64,000 nucleotides of DNA from Candidatus Bathyarchaeia archaeon (GCA_038870975.1 JAVZJD010000001.1:384001-448000), one strand, 5' to 3'. Positions 19,222 to 30,065 are shown, numbered from the stretch's first letter. Made by a program: numbers and translations. Notes: a model not told the origin generated them from the sequence alone.

Positions 19222-21006
19222 TTAAAAATCCATAGCATTGTAAATCTTCTCTGGAAGACCTGGAGCTTGTTGATCTAAGTAGTACTTACTCTTAATAATC
19301 ATAGCTTTTAAAAGTTCTCTCATTTCATCCATGCTACGGTAGGTAAATGGGTCTAATTCGTTAAGCCTTTCTTGGGAGATACCCTCAACGTAAACTGGCA
19401 CGAGAACTTTTCCACCCCAAATGGGATGATGTTTATACTCAACTCCACCTCTAACTGCTTGAAGTAGGAACAACTCTGTCTCCTCAATTGTCGGGGATGT
19501 ACCTCCGATGGGTTTTGGAATACCGTCAGAATCTCTTATGAGTTTCGTTTGAGGCATTAGATACTCTTTATCTCCGAGCTTCTCCTTAACCCACTCATAT
19601 TCTGCACCTATCTTACCAGTTGTATTAATCAGATAAACTTCCACTGGCTGTCCTTTACACTTCAATTTCTCTAAAATCTCATAAAACCTAACTATATGCA
19701 TCGTATTGGATACACCCATGGTAAAGGGTAAGCAGTATCTACTCTCATATATCTCCTTGCCAATAACTGATATAGATTGTGCGGGGTGACCTACCGTTCT
19801 TCCATCAGCTAGGACTTTGGCAGCAAAAGCCGTATCTTCTATTCGACACCATGCATAATCAGTCAAATTTCCTGGACTTATAAAAACTGCTACGTTTAAA
19901 GGACCACTAGAATCTATATCGCCATTAAAATACCCAGTATCTTCTAAGTAAAATACACTCCTTGCGTTTTTATTAGGTAAGCCACAGTATTGGAATAGTT
20001 CTCCCTTAAAACTTGGGTTTCCATTAAAGTCGAATTCCGTATTCTCATGTAAAGCCCTTGGAGAGTTTGCAGCCCTCCATACTGTAAATTGAGTTTCATC
20101 AATATCTTCAGTCTTCGTCCAAGAACCCCTTTCAGAACCATAGACACGGTCTTCGAAAATAGCAACAATATCGTCGTTTCTTATCACTTGGTCGAAGACG
20201 TATTCAGTTGGATCTACTCCAAACTTCTTTATGAATATTTGCCTATTATGTTCGCCAAAGACGTACATGCTATGTGTAGATTTTCCAGTTCCGCTCAACC
20301 CCCAAATACACATTACAACTCTTTTTAGTGCTCCATCCACTTTTCTGACGGTAAACTCTTTCAGTGAAGCATGCTCACCACATCCACCTTTTTTATAAAC
20401 ATGATAGATCCAATGCGAAAGTACTCCTTTTTTCACCTCTCCCTGGTATGAACTACACGTAATGATAGTGTAGTTATGAAGGGGAAAACGGAGCACTCTG
20501 AGCATTTGATCGCTACCTGGTACATTTGGATTTCCAAGATAGTGTGGAATTGTTATAACCATAACGTCAGGCTCCTCATTAGAAGGGGCTGGGAAGTTTA
20601 ACTGAGACCATCTATATGCTATGTCTGGAAACTGAGGGTCACAGTAGAGCCTTGCATGCATTCTGGCTGGTGATTTTTCTGAACCGATGTAGCAATCTAC
20701 CTGAATTAAGGGTCCCTGTGCTAGAACATGTTCAAGGACTCTCATCATGAGAAACTTATGTTCATTTTTCAATTCTCCGTCGTTCATTATTACTACGCTT
20801 CCCGCGGCAGACCTGTGCCAAATGTTTGAAGCCCAACCCCATGAACCATTTTTAAACTGTACACCGTATAGTTTAGCCCTCTCAAAGAGATCGGGTGGAT
20901 TATTTAAAACGGCTTTAATACCAGCCTTCTCCTTAAGTTCTAGAATTTTCTTAAATGTCTGCTTAAAACCTTCAATTGTAATATCTTCCATTCTGATGAG
21001 CATCAC
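19222..21006 (-). CDS. pckA: Phosphoenolpyruvate carboxykinase (ATP-type family, divergent)
   Basis: YQGEVKK, GEHAS, GLSGTGKST P-loop, NDD, ENT, NAR, YLINT. Confidence 0.8.
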   Translation of the reverse strand: MMLIRMEDITIEGFKQTFKKILELKEKAGIKAVLNNPPDLFERAKLYGVQFKNGSWGWASNIWHRSAAGSVVIMNDGELKNEHKFLMMRVLEHVLAQGPLIQVDCYIGSEKSPARMHARLYCDPQFPDIAYRWSQLNFPAPSNEEPDVMVITIPHYLGNPNVPGSDQMLRVLRFPLHNYTIITCSSYQGEVKKGVLSHWIYHVYKKGGCGEHASLKEFTVRKVDGALKRVVMCIWGLSGTGKSTHSMYVFGEHNRQIFIKKFGVDPTEYVFDQVIRNDDIVAIFEDRVYGSERGSWTKTEDIDETQFTVWRAANSPRALHENTEFDFNGNPSFKGELFQYCGLPNKNARSVFYLEDTGYFNGDIDSSGPLNVAVFISPGNLTDYAWCRIEDTAFAAKVLADGRTVGHPAQSISVIGKEIYESRYCLPFTMGVSNTMHIVRFYEILEKLKCKGQPVEVYLINTTGKIGAEYEWVKEKLGDKEYLMPQTKLIRDSDGIPKPIGGTSPTIEETELFLLQAVRGGVEYKHHPIWGGKVLVPVYVEGISQERLNELDPFTYRSMDEMRELLKAMIIKSKYYLDQQAPGLPEKIYNAMDF

Positions 21007-21258
21007 AATCCCCTCGTAGCATATTCTTGGAAAACTGTGAAAGTTGAGCTTCGAGCGAACATAGATGGATAGAGAGCACTAAACTTATCCATGGGAATCA
21101 ATACGTATTCTATGGAATTAGCCAGCAGGATAACCCTGAGTTTGATTCAAACACTAAAAGCAATATTTAAACTTTTTGATATTACTGAGAATAATATTAT
21201 TCCATGCGTATAAAAAATAAAAAAGTTTCAGCATAGATATATATAATGCTGAGTATTT

Positions 21259-22170
21259 TTAAATGAAATCCTTGAGATATTTTAAAGATTCTTTAAGGTT
21301 TTCAAGCACTCTATCGTCTTCTTCTTCAAAAGGCGGTATATATTCGAGCATAAGGTAGGTTTCCAATGCTCCTGAACTCTCAATAGCTTCAATAACTTTC
21401 TTAGGATCTACGATACCAATTTTATTGTACTTTTCCGTGAAGGGCCAATGTCTATCTCCTTTTCCATCAGTCTGTTGCATGTGGATAACAGGTGAGAAGG
21501 CGCCTAATTCTCTCAGCCAACTATATGGATCTGCATTTTTTTCAGACACATGGACTGTACATTGATGACCGAGGTCTATTGTAAGTCTAACTAGTGCCCC
21601 TCCTTCATCTTTTACCGCTTCGAGTATATGTTTCGCATCTTCTATCGTCGCGGGAGGTTCTCTTAAAACAGGCATAGGCTCCCAAAGCAACATTTTAAGA
21701 CCCATGGATTTAGCGTAGACTGAAAGATACTTCACAGAATCTATTAGAATTGACTCTATGAATTTTCTACGTTTGGGGTTCTTAAAATCGTTATAACTCT
21801 GAGCTGCAATATGTCCGCCAGTTGCATCTACACCCATAAGCGATGTAACCTCTATAGCTTTCCTATACCAGTCTAATGCATCGACGCGCATACCAGCATC
21901 TGGATGTGTTAGAAGGTTCATCGAGTATGCCGCTAAACCGGTAAAAGTTGAATGTATTTTAACACCATATTTAGAAGCTGCATCCTTAATTCTACAGATC
22001 ATGTTCGATAAAGCGTGTTCAGAAGTCCTAGGGTCTAGTAGATCAAATGAAAACTGAACGTATTCGACGTTCATCTGTCTGCATATTTCAATCCATTCTT
22101 CTGGAAGAGGCCACCTTTTTACAGCCCAACAATTGTTCCAACCTAAATATACATTTACCATTTCAATCAC
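21259..22170 (-). CDS. TIM-barrel sugar-phosphate epimerase, EryC (erythrulose-phosphate 3-epimerase)-like
   Basis: LGWNNCWAVKRWP, STFTG, WEPM, IDLGH, HMQQTDG..DRHWPFT; downstream of an FGGY kinase. Confidence 0.7.
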   Translation of the reverse strand: MIEMVNVYLGWNNCWAVKRWPLPEEWIEICRQMNVEYVQFSFDLLDPRTSEHALSNMICRIKDAASKYGVKIHSTFTGLAAYSMNLLTHPDAGMRVDALDWYRKAIEVTSLMGVDATGGHIAAQSYNDFKNPKRRKFIESILIDSVKYLSVYAKSMGLKMLLWEPMPVLREPPATIEDAKHILEAVKDEGGALVRLTIDLGHQCTVHVSEKNADPYSWLRELGAFSPVIHMQQTDGKGDRHWPFTEKYNKIGIVDPKKVIEAIESSGALETYLMLEYIPPFEEEDDRVLENLKESLKYLKDFI

Positions 22171-22176
22171 CCAATA

Positions 22177-23706
22177 TTAAGAGCTAAAGCCTTTAAAAAC
22201 ATCTGTCAACCTGCTAAGTGCTTCAAGATAAGCCCTATAAAGTCTACCATAGACTTCCCTATTTTTCGGGTTCGGTTTAACTACTTCCGATGACTTAACC
22301 CATTCACGAACCACGTCATAGTCTTTAAATAAGTTTACCCCTACACCAGCTAAAACAACATCGCCTAAGGGTGCTCCCGGGTTTTCAGCAATATAATCCA
22401 TGGTTAGACCTGATACGTCAGCTAAAATAGTCCTCCAAAGTTCTGACCTAGCTCCACCGTCAACTAGTATAGCCCTTCTAATAGGCATACCCGCTTCAAT
22501 TGCCACATCAACACTATATTTAAGACCGTAGGCGACACCCTCTAGAAAAGCTCGGAATATATGAGCTTTAGTGTGATAAAGCGTTAGACCTAGTAGACAC
22601 CCCCTAATATACTCATTCCAGTATGGCGCCCTATCGCCGATCATCATATGTGGCATGAATATTAGCCCGTCTGACCCTGGTGGTACTTTTATTGCCTCCA
22701 TATCTAAAAGCGTGTAAGCTGAGAGTTTAAGCTTAGAAGCCGCTTCAACTTCGGTCTGTCCAAGCTGGTCTCTAAACCACCTTATACAGTAGCCAGCTGT
22801 AGACACGCCTGCGAAACTGTATAAAAGCTCCCTATCTCTAGCGACATATGGATAATTTATGAGTTTTATCGAAATCCTTGGTTTATGGCTTATGAAGCCA
22901 CAACACATACTTGTGCCTAACATGAGAGCAAGGTCTCCATCATCTAAAGCCCCTACAGCTAGTGCGCTCACAGGCGCATCTATTCCTCCCGCACATATGG
23001 GCGTTCCCGTCTTCAAACCTGTGCGTTCTGAGGCCTCTCTATGAACTTCACCAACTACTTGCTTAGATTCTACAAGCTTCTCTGGGAAGAATCTTCTCTC
23101 TATTCCGAGTTCTTCCATAAGCTGTTCAGCAAAACTCCTCTTATTTATATCTAATATTCCACCGTAGTTTCCAGCGCTTGAAAAATCTAAAGCTACCGAA
23201 CCTGTCAACTTGTATATGCAGTATCCGTTTGGAGTGAGTATTTGATAGATTTTCGACCAGATGTTTGGCTCATTAAACTTTATCCATAACATTTTAGTAT
23301 AACCGTAGTATGGGTCTATCGTATTACCTGTGACTTTAAATACTCTATCTTCTCCTATATTTGCCCTAATCCATTTACACTCTTCTGTAGCCCTTCTATC
23401 AGCCCATATTATACAAGGTCTAAGGGGCTTCATTTCTTTATCGCATGGAATACCGCTCCCACCATATAAACCGCTTATACTCACAGCCGCAACCTCTTTC
23501 GGGTCTACTTTGGAGGCTTCTAAGACCTCTTTTATGGTGTCACATAAAGCATTAAACCATACATCAGGCCACTGCTCTGCCCAACCTGGTTTAGGTGTTA
23601 AAACCCCATACTCTCTAAAGGATGATGCGAGTATTCTTCCTTCACAATCGGTTAGAATAGTCTTAGTGCCTAGGGTTCCTATGTCTGAACCTATTAGTAG
23701 ACTCAA
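22177..23706 (-). CDS. FGGY-family carbohydrate kinase
   Basis: GSDIGT, IWADRR, GGIDA, LGTS, EGVAY, DGGARS. Confidence 0.92.
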   Translation of the reverse strand: MSLLIGSDIGTLGTKTILTDCEGRILASSFREYGVLTPKPGWAEQWPDVWFNALCDTIKEVLEASKVDPKEVAAVSISGLYGGSGIPCDKEMKPLRPCIIWADRRATEECKWIRANIGEDRVFKVTGNTIDPYYGYTKMLWIKFNEPNIWSKIYQILTPNGYCIYKLTGSVALDFSSAGNYGGILDINKRSFAEQLMEELGIERRFFPEKLVESKQVVGEVHREASERTGLKTGTPICAGGIDAPVSALAVGALDDGDLALMLGTSMCCGFISHKPRISIKLINYPYVARDRELLYSFAGVSTAGYCIRWFRDQLGQTEVEAASKLKLSAYTLLDMEAIKVPPGSDGLIFMPHMMIGDRAPYWNEYIRGCLLGLTLYHTKAHIFRAFLEGVAYGLKYSVDVAIEAGMPIRRAILVDGGARSELWRTILADVSGLTMDYIAENPGAPLGDVVLAGVGVNLFKDYDVVREWVKSSEVVKPNPKNREVYGRLYRAYLEALSRLTDVFKGFSS

Positions 23707-24036
23707 TCGAACACCTGATTAATATTCTATCAAATAACTTCTAAAATTTTTCTCATATTACGAAAACTTTTCTTACATCTTTTAAACATCATAAGCAATC
23801 TCCTCTAGCTCTAGATTTCATTTACACAGCTAAAATTCTAAAGCATCAGTTCAGTTTAGAAACTTAAAATTCAATTAATAAACTTTTCAAATTGAAGGTC
23901 TTCTAAGAAGAAGACCGATATGCTTTTCTAAGTCTGCTCACACTATTCTTACCATCTTCTTAAGTGATTGATAACCGCCGATAATCTAAGCACTATCAGT
24001 TAAGTTTAACTGTGAATCTCGCAAATATTGTATTAG

Positions 24037-24624
24037 ATGGAGTCAGATGAATCTGAGGAAGTTAAACAATTAGCCGAACTAAAAGTTAAACTGCAGAAGA
24101 AGCTTGAAACAATCAAAGAAGAGGCTAAAATTTTAGAGTCTCTAATATCTATCGTGGATTCACTTCTAGTATCTAAAAGCTTTAGGAGGATTGAGGTACC
24201 TCAACCGCAACAGGTTCAACCCGCCCAAGTAGAAGCGAGCCCAACTCCAAAAGCACCTGAAGAATTGGCTCAAGAAACAATTCTCTTGGAAGCATCAGAC
24301 GGGACTCTCCTAGCCAAAATGTACGTCGCAGATAGAGATGCCCAAGTGGTTGTTGAACCTGGTTTAAACCTATACGTGTCGACTCCACCATTCCAATCTT
24401 TCCTAGTAAGCAGAGTACTCGACTCTATGAAAACTAAGGACTTAGAACTTGTTAGAGAAGGGAAGTTAAACCCTGATAGAGTTTTCGACTATGAGTTGAA
24501 AATAGAGGGAGATGCTATTAAAGAAATTAAGATAAAAAACTATGGAGATAGACGCAGGCTTAGAGAGCTTAGAACATCCATTCGTTGGACGCTTGAAAAA
24601 ATGTACGAAAAACTGAAAGCTTGA
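24037..24624 (+). CDS. Conserved hypothetical archaeal protein with an N-terminal coiled coil
   Basis: Long ORF with heptad-like N-terminus, Pro/Gln linker and C-terminal RWTLEKMYEK. Confidence 0.7.
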   Translation: MESDESEEVKQLAELKVKLQKKLETIKEEAKILESLISIVDSLLVSKSFRRIEVPQPQQVQPAQVEASPTPKAPEELAQETILLEASDGTLLAKMYVADRDAQVVVEPGLNLYVSTPPFQSFLVSRVLDSMKTKDLELVREGKLNPDRVFDYELKIEGDAIKEIKIKNYGDRRRLRELRTSIRWTLEKMYEKLKA

Positions 24625-24666
24625 TGGAAGTTTTCAGATTTGAACCGCCTTGGATAGTTCGCATGA

Positions 24667-25341
24667 TTAATGGGAGGCTCCCTCAAACCTTACATATATG
24701 TTCCGCCTAGTCATAGATTCTATGTTTATCATGAGTACCCCTAGTGCCTCTAGGAGAATAGCGTTCGATAGAGGCCCACAATCTACTGGTTCACCACCCA
24801 TTTCGTTTATAAGATTTGCAACCTTCTTCTTAGCTTCCATAGAATCCCCACAAAGTAGTATACTGGGCTTTAGCGTATAATCCATGCTGTTAATAACGTG
24901 TTGAGATATATTTTTGAACGAAGCTACTAGACTAACGTTCTCAGGTATAATCTTTCGAAGCCTTTCAGTAGCCGACCCTTCCTTTAAACGTATGAGGCTA
25001 AAAAATCCATCTTCAGACCGCTTAATTGGGATCGTAACATCTATGAGGATAGAATTTGGTTTAAAGAAATCTCTAATATCTTCTGCAATCTCCACTTGCG
25101 CTTTAAAAGGCACGGTTAGAATGACTATTTCAGCTTTAGATACAGCGTCGTAATTTACAGCCCCCTCTACGTGCACCCCCCTAAGCATATTCTCTATGTT
25201 TTTAGCAACTTCCTCCGCTTTCCACCGAAATCTTGAACCTATAACAACGTTTTTCCCTATTTTCGCCAACCTTACAGCTATGGAATATCCTATGCCAGCT
25301 GTTCCTCCAATAATTGCGATACGTTCCTCCATCTTAATCAC
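24667..25341 (-). CDS. npdG: NADPH-dependent F420 reductase (F420H2:NADP+ oxidoreductase family)
   Basis: IIGGTAGIG, IGSR, LTVP, FKNIS, DCGPL. Confidence 0.8.
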   Translation of the reverse strand: MIKMEERIAIIGGTAGIGYSIAVRLAKIGKNVVIGSRFRWKAEEVAKNIENMLRGVHVEGAVNYDAVSKAEIVILTVPFKAQVEIAEDIRDFFKPNSILIDVTIPIKRSEDGFFSLIRLKEGSATERLRKIIPENVSLVASFKNISQHVINSMDYTLKPSILLCGDSMEAKKKVANLINEMGGEPVDCGPLSNAILLEALGVLMINIESMTRRNIYVRFEGASH

Positions 25342-25492
25342 CAGATACGTTACAGAGACACGTTCTAAATATGGAAAGCTTTAACCAACTACTTAACATT
25401 TTATCCCTCTCTCCTTAAACAGAAGAACGCTTGATCTCCTCAGAATCCATGGATTGTATCAATTGAAAATTTTTAATGCTTCATAGAAAAGT

Positions 25493-27247
25493 TCAGAAAT
25501 CAATATTACTATTATGTATTTTAGCTATTTGCTTAGGATCCACCTTCCACTTCCTATTGTAAGTCATATATCCGTTTAATTCACCTTCTATATCATAGAG
25601 TTGAGTGTAGCAAAAGCCTGCTAAAAATTCGCATTCATAAATGGCTCTTATGTTCTCCCTATACCTTGTTAGAAATTCATACTCATCTGTAACGGGAGGA
25701 CCGTAAACCATAATCTCACGGTCTACGATAGGTCTAAATCCTTTAATTCCCCATCCTCCCCATTCGCTTAAAACTATGGGTTGATTATCATATTTAAAGT
25801 CTTCAACGGCTATTCTAAACTCTCTAGGTTCTCCCGTTTTCAAAGATTGAACCCGCTTCAAAAGAATCTCTTTAAAGTACTTTCGCCCCCTCCAACCGCT
25901 GTAGTCATGAATATCGACTATATCTGTAGGTCCCACATGAATATAACCACTATTATCCACGAGAAGCCTTGTTGGATCTAAACTTTTAATCCTCATGCAG
26001 ACTTCTTCTACAAACCTACGGTGTTCAATGCTACTTTTTACAGTCTCCCTCTCATTAAATGGGACCCATGCTATTATCGACGGATGGTTGAAGTCTCTGA
26101 GTATCACAGATTCTACCTCTCCCCAGAAGCTATCAAGGTTTTTATATTCAAGGCTCATACCCCAATCTGGCATTTCCTCCCAAACTAGAACCCCGAGTTT
26201 ATCACACCAGTAGAAGTATCTAGGGTCTTCAGGCTTTTGATGCTTCCTAACACCGTTCAATCCAAGTTTTTTAACGGCTTCGACGTCTCTTTTTAAGGCT
26301 TCAATATTGGGAGCTGCATATAATCCATCCGGGAAAAAGCCCTGATCCAATGCAAATTTGAGATAGATTGGTTTATTGTTCAACGCTATTTTTCCATTTA
26401 TAACATTTATCTTCCTTAAGCCAAAGTATCCTCTAACACTATCTAAAACTACGTCGTTCTTCTCGATCATGAGTTCAATTGTGTATAAGTCGGGTTCCTC
26501 GATAGACCATAGACATACCTCTTGAAGTTCTAGTGAAATACGCAGGGGATTTTCTTTCACTTCTTGAGTTAGATTGATGAGTTCAGACTCGGCTAGAAGA
26601 ACCCTCAATTTAAGCTTTAAATTATTAAGCTGTCCGTTTACGTATACATACAGTTGAAATCCATTATGTTCAACATCTGGAAAAATCTGAAACCTATCTA
26701 TCCAAGCGCTTCCACACGATTCTATCCAAACTGGTTGCCATATCCCAGTAACTCTCATATACGTGCATCCAGAAGGTTTAAGTCTTGGGTCCTGCTTGCC
26801 CCTAGCCTGGTCTCCATGGAAATCTTCCACTCTTAAGACAAGAACGTTTTCGTAGTCGACATAGTCTGTTATATCAAAGCTAAAAGGTGAAAATCCTCCC
26901 TTATGTTCACCTAAGTATTTCCCATTAAGCCACACAGTGGTTTTATAATCTACAGCTCCAAATTTGAGTAAAACTTTAGCCTGTCTGAAATTTTCGCTGA
27001 GTTTAAACGTTTTACAATACCATACAACATTGTGTATTGATTCATCCCCTATCCCACTTAATTTGCTTTGAAACGGATATGGAACTCTTATCTTTACAGG
27101 TTCAGGCAATCCATTTAAAAACCATTTTTCATTCAATCCTACGTCGTTATCGTCAAAGCTAAAATCCCATAGTCCCTCAAGGCTCATCCAAAGGCTTCTA
27201 ATGAAATCTGGTCTAGGTGTATTCACATCATAAACCATAGTTATCAC
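25493..27247 (-). CDS. GH2 glycoside hydrolase (beta-galactosidase/glucuronidase family)
   Basis: FGAVDY, HKGG, RGKQ, TGIWQPV, RKHQK, NHPSIIAWVPFNE, SEWGG, YTQLYDIEGE. Confidence 0.92.
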   Translation of the reverse strand: MITMVYDVNTPRPDFIRSLWMSLEGLWDFSFDDNDVGLNEKWFLNGLPEPVKIRVPYPFQSKLSGIGDESIHNVVWYCKTFKLSENFRQAKVLLKFGAVDYKTTVWLNGKYLGEHKGGFSPFSFDITDYVDYENVLVLRVEDFHGDQARGKQDPRLKPSGCTYMRVTGIWQPVWIESCGSAWIDRFQIFPDVEHNGFQLYVYVNGQLNNLKLKLRVLLAESELINLTQEVKENPLRISLELQEVCLWSIEEPDLYTIELMIEKNDVVLDSVRGYFGLRKINVINGKIALNNKPIYLKFALDQGFFPDGLYAAPNIEALKRDVEAVKKLGLNGVRKHQKPEDPRYFYWCDKLGVLVWEEMPDWGMSLEYKNLDSFWGEVESVILRDFNHPSIIAWVPFNERETVKSSIEHRRFVEEVCMRIKSLDPTRLLVDNSGYIHVGPTDIVDIHDYSGWRGRKYFKEILLKRVQSLKTGEPREFRIAVEDFKYDNQPIVLSEWGGWGIKGFRPIVDREIMVYGPPVTDEYEFLTRYRENIRAIYECEFLAGFCYTQLYDIEGELNGYMTYNRKWKVDPKQIAKIHNSNIDF

Positions 27248-27307
27248 AGTAAAAGTGGCTTCTTCAAACTTAAAGTTTTAAAGCCTCTCTTGTACTACTA
27301 AAGTAGA

Positions 27308-29998
27308 ATGCTTATGGAAGTTTCATGGCATGCTTTAACGATCGAAGAAGTTTATGCAAAATTAAACTCGAGTACCCGTGGCCTGAGCTCAGAAGAAGCA
27401 TCGGCTCGCCTTGCTAAATATGGATTCAACGAACTCATCGAAGTTAAGCCAGTGTCCGCTTTAAAGATACTCGTAAATCAGTTTAAATCGATCTTCGTTT
27501 TAATGTTAATTGCGGCAGCTTTAATATCCATTATAATATCTGTACAGCATGGGCTTGAAGAGCTAGCCGACTCCGCTGTCATAATAGCGATAGTTGTAAT
27601 AAATGCTGTAATAGGTTTCATTCAAGAATATAAATCTGAGAAAACTTTGGAAGCCATGCGAAAGCTTACGGCTCCTAAAGCTAAGGTTTTAAGAGATGGA
27701 GAAATTAAGACGTTGGAAGCTAGACTCCTAGTACCAGGAGACATAGTTTTCCTAGAAGAAGGAGATAGAATTCCAGCAGATTGTCGGCTCATAGAAGCAC
27801 ATGAACTTAGAACCGATGAAGCTATTTTAACGGGAGAATCTACACCAGTTGAGAAAACGATTACTCATCTAGCTTTTGATACACCGATACACGATAGAAA
27901 AAACATGGCGTTTATGGCGACGCATGTAGTATCCGGTAGAGGAAAGGCTATAGTTGTCGCTACTGGTATGCGTACAGAATTCGGTAGAATAGCTGAACAG
28001 GTTCAAATGATAGAGGCTGAAGAGCCCCCTCTTAAAATTAAACTCGACAAATTCGCTAAGAAAATGGCTTACCTTATAATGGCATTGTGTATAGCTATTT
28101 TCGGACTTGAAGCATTTAGAGGAGACCCTTTACTCGAAAGCTTTATGGTAGCTGTTGCGTTAGCGGTTTCAGCTGTTCCTGAGGGATTGCCCGCTATAAC
28201 CACTGTAACGTTAGCCTTAGGTGCGAGAAATATGGCTAAGAAAAATGCCATCGTAAGAAGGTTGGCATCGGTTGAGACGCTCGGCTCAGCTACGTTTATA
28301 TGCTCTGATAAAACTGGCACACTGACTAAGGGAGAGATGACTGTTAGACAAATATACATCGGGTCGAAGCATATAGAGGTTACTGGGGTTGGCTATGAGC
28401 CTAAGGGTACATTCTTGCTGAATGGAGAACAATATGAGCTAGATGACGGTCTTAAGCTAATTTTGACCGCTGGAGCCTTATGTTCAAACGCCGAACTTAA
28501 GCAGGTAGAGAATAGATGGACTATATATGGGGATCCAACTGAAGCTGCACTTTTAACTGTAGCCGCTAAAGCCGGGCTATGGAAGACTGACCTTGAATCT
28601 AAAATGCCTAGGGTTAGAGAAATCCCCTTCAGTTCGGAGCGTAAACGTATGACAACCGTTCACAAGAATTACGATGGAAGATACATAGTGTTTATGAAAG
28701 GGGCGCCTGAAGTTGTTCTACAATTATGTTCTCAAAGATTTTCAGATGGTTTGGTTTTACCTCTAACAGATGAAGTTAAGAGTAAAATTTTAAAGGTTAA
28801 TGATGAAATGGCTTCATCTGGTCTTCGAGTACTCGCTTTAGCTTACAAATACATTGCAGATCCATACACTACTCAGAATATTGAGCATAATATGATATTT
28901 ATGGGGCTTGTCGGCATGATCGACCCGCCTAGGGAAGAAGCTATAAATGCGTATAAGCTCTGCGAAAAAGCTGGCATAAAAGTTGCCATGATTACTGGAG
29001 ACCATAAGCTTACCGCGATATCTGTTGCTAAGGAAATAGGTATGTGGAAGGCAAACAGTATAGCTTTGAGTGGTAGTGATCTCGACAGGATGAGCGATGA
29101 TGAACTTGAGAGAATCGTTGAAAATGTAACAGTTTACGCTAGAGTTTCTCCCGCACATAAATCTAGAATTGTTAAAGCTTTGAAGAAGAAAGGACACATC
29201 GTAGCTATGACAGGTGATGGCGTTAATGATGCACCAGCTTTAAAGCTATCAGACATAGGTATTGCAATGGGTATAACTGGTACAGATGTAACTAAGGAAG
29301 CGTCTGACATAATTCTCGCAGACGATAATTTCGCAACAATAGTAGAAGCAATTCGAAGCGGTAGAATAATATACGACAATATAAGGAAGTTCATCCGCTT
29401 CTTACTTGCATGTAATTTCGACGAATTATTCGTCATAACGGTAGCCACATTACTTAATCTACCGATACCTCTGACCCCGGCCATGCTACTATGGATAAAT
29501 CTACTTACAGATGGACCTCCTGCTGTGGCTTTAGGTATTGACCCGCCAGATGAAGATGTCATGGTTAGGAAACCTAGAGACCCGAAAACCGGCATCTTCC
29601 ACGGTATGCTCCTATTCGTTATAGCTTCGTTCGTTCTTCAAGCAATTGGAACACTGGGCTCTTTTCTGATTTCCTTTCTCATTTGGGGAGAACATTTGAA
29701 TGAAGCTAGAACCCTAGCTTTCATACAAGCGACGTTTTTTGAGCTTATAGTTATATGGAACTGCCGTTCAGAACGCAACTGTTTCTTAAAAGTTAAACCG
29801 TGGTCCAATAAATACTTACTGATATCCGTCCTAGCTTGCATGGTTATAAATGCAATTCTGCCATACATAGAGATTGCCGATATTTTATTCGACCTAGAAC
29901 CTTTAACTCTTCAAGACTGGGCTCTCACGTTAGGATTTTCATCTCTGGGATTTCTCGTACTTCCAGAAGTTTTTATGAGACAAGTCGATAAGAGTTAA
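27308..29998 (+). CDS. P-type ATPase, type IIA (Ca2+-transporting-like)
   Basis: TGES, VPEGL, DKTGTLT, KGAPE, TGDGVND. Confidence 0.95.
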   Translation: MLMEVSWHALTIEEVYAKLNSSTRGLSSEEASARLAKYGFNELIEVKPVSALKILVNQFKSIFVLMLIAAALISIIISVQHGLEELADSAVIIAIVVINAVIGFIQEYKSEKTLEAMRKLTAPKAKVLRDGEIKTLEARLLVPGDIVFLEEGDRIPADCRLIEAHELRTDEAILTGESTPVEKTITHLAFDTPIHDRKNMAFMATHVVSGRGKAIVVATGMRTEFGRIAEQVQMIEAEEPPLKIKLDKFAKKMAYLIMALCIAIFGLEAFRGDPLLESFMVAVALAVSAVPEGLPAITTVTLALGARNMAKKNAIVRRLASVETLGSATFICSDKTGTLTKGEMTVRQIYIGSKHIEVTGVGYEPKGTFLLNGEQYELDDGLKLILTAGALCSNAELKQVENRWTIYGDPTEAALLTVAAKAGLWKTDLESKMPRVREIPFSSERKRMTTVHKNYDGRYIVFMKGAPEVVLQLCSQRFSDGLVLPLTDEVKSKILKVNDEMASSGLRVLALAYKYIADPYTTQNIEHNMIFMGLVGMIDPPREEAINAYKLCEKAGIKVAMITGDHKLTAISVAKEIGMWKANSIALSGSDLDRMSDDELERIVENVTVYARVSPAHKSRIVKALKKKGHIVAMTGDGVNDAPALKLSDIGIAMGITGTDVTKEASDIILADDNFATIVEAIRSGRIIYDNIRKFIRFLLACNFDELFVITVATLLNLPIPLTPAMLLWINLLTDGPPAVALGIDPPDEDVMVRKPRDPKTGIFHGMLLFVIASFVLQAIGTLGSFLISFLIWGEHLNEARTLAFIQATFFELIVIWNCRSERNCFLKVKPWSNKYLLISVLACMVINAILPYIEIADILFDLEPLTLQDWALTLGFSSLGFLVLPEVFMRQVDKS

Positions 29999-30065
29999 TC
30001 TAGCTTTTAACACATTTACGCATCTTATTTCTGAAGAAAATCTAATTTTAGATAGGTTTAAAACC

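Noticed and set aside
24625-24666. GGCGGTTCAAATC T-loop-like sequence on the minus strand (tRNA fragment or guide RNA)
   Set aside because: No cloverleaf, T-stem pairs poorly, no properly spaced C/D boxes
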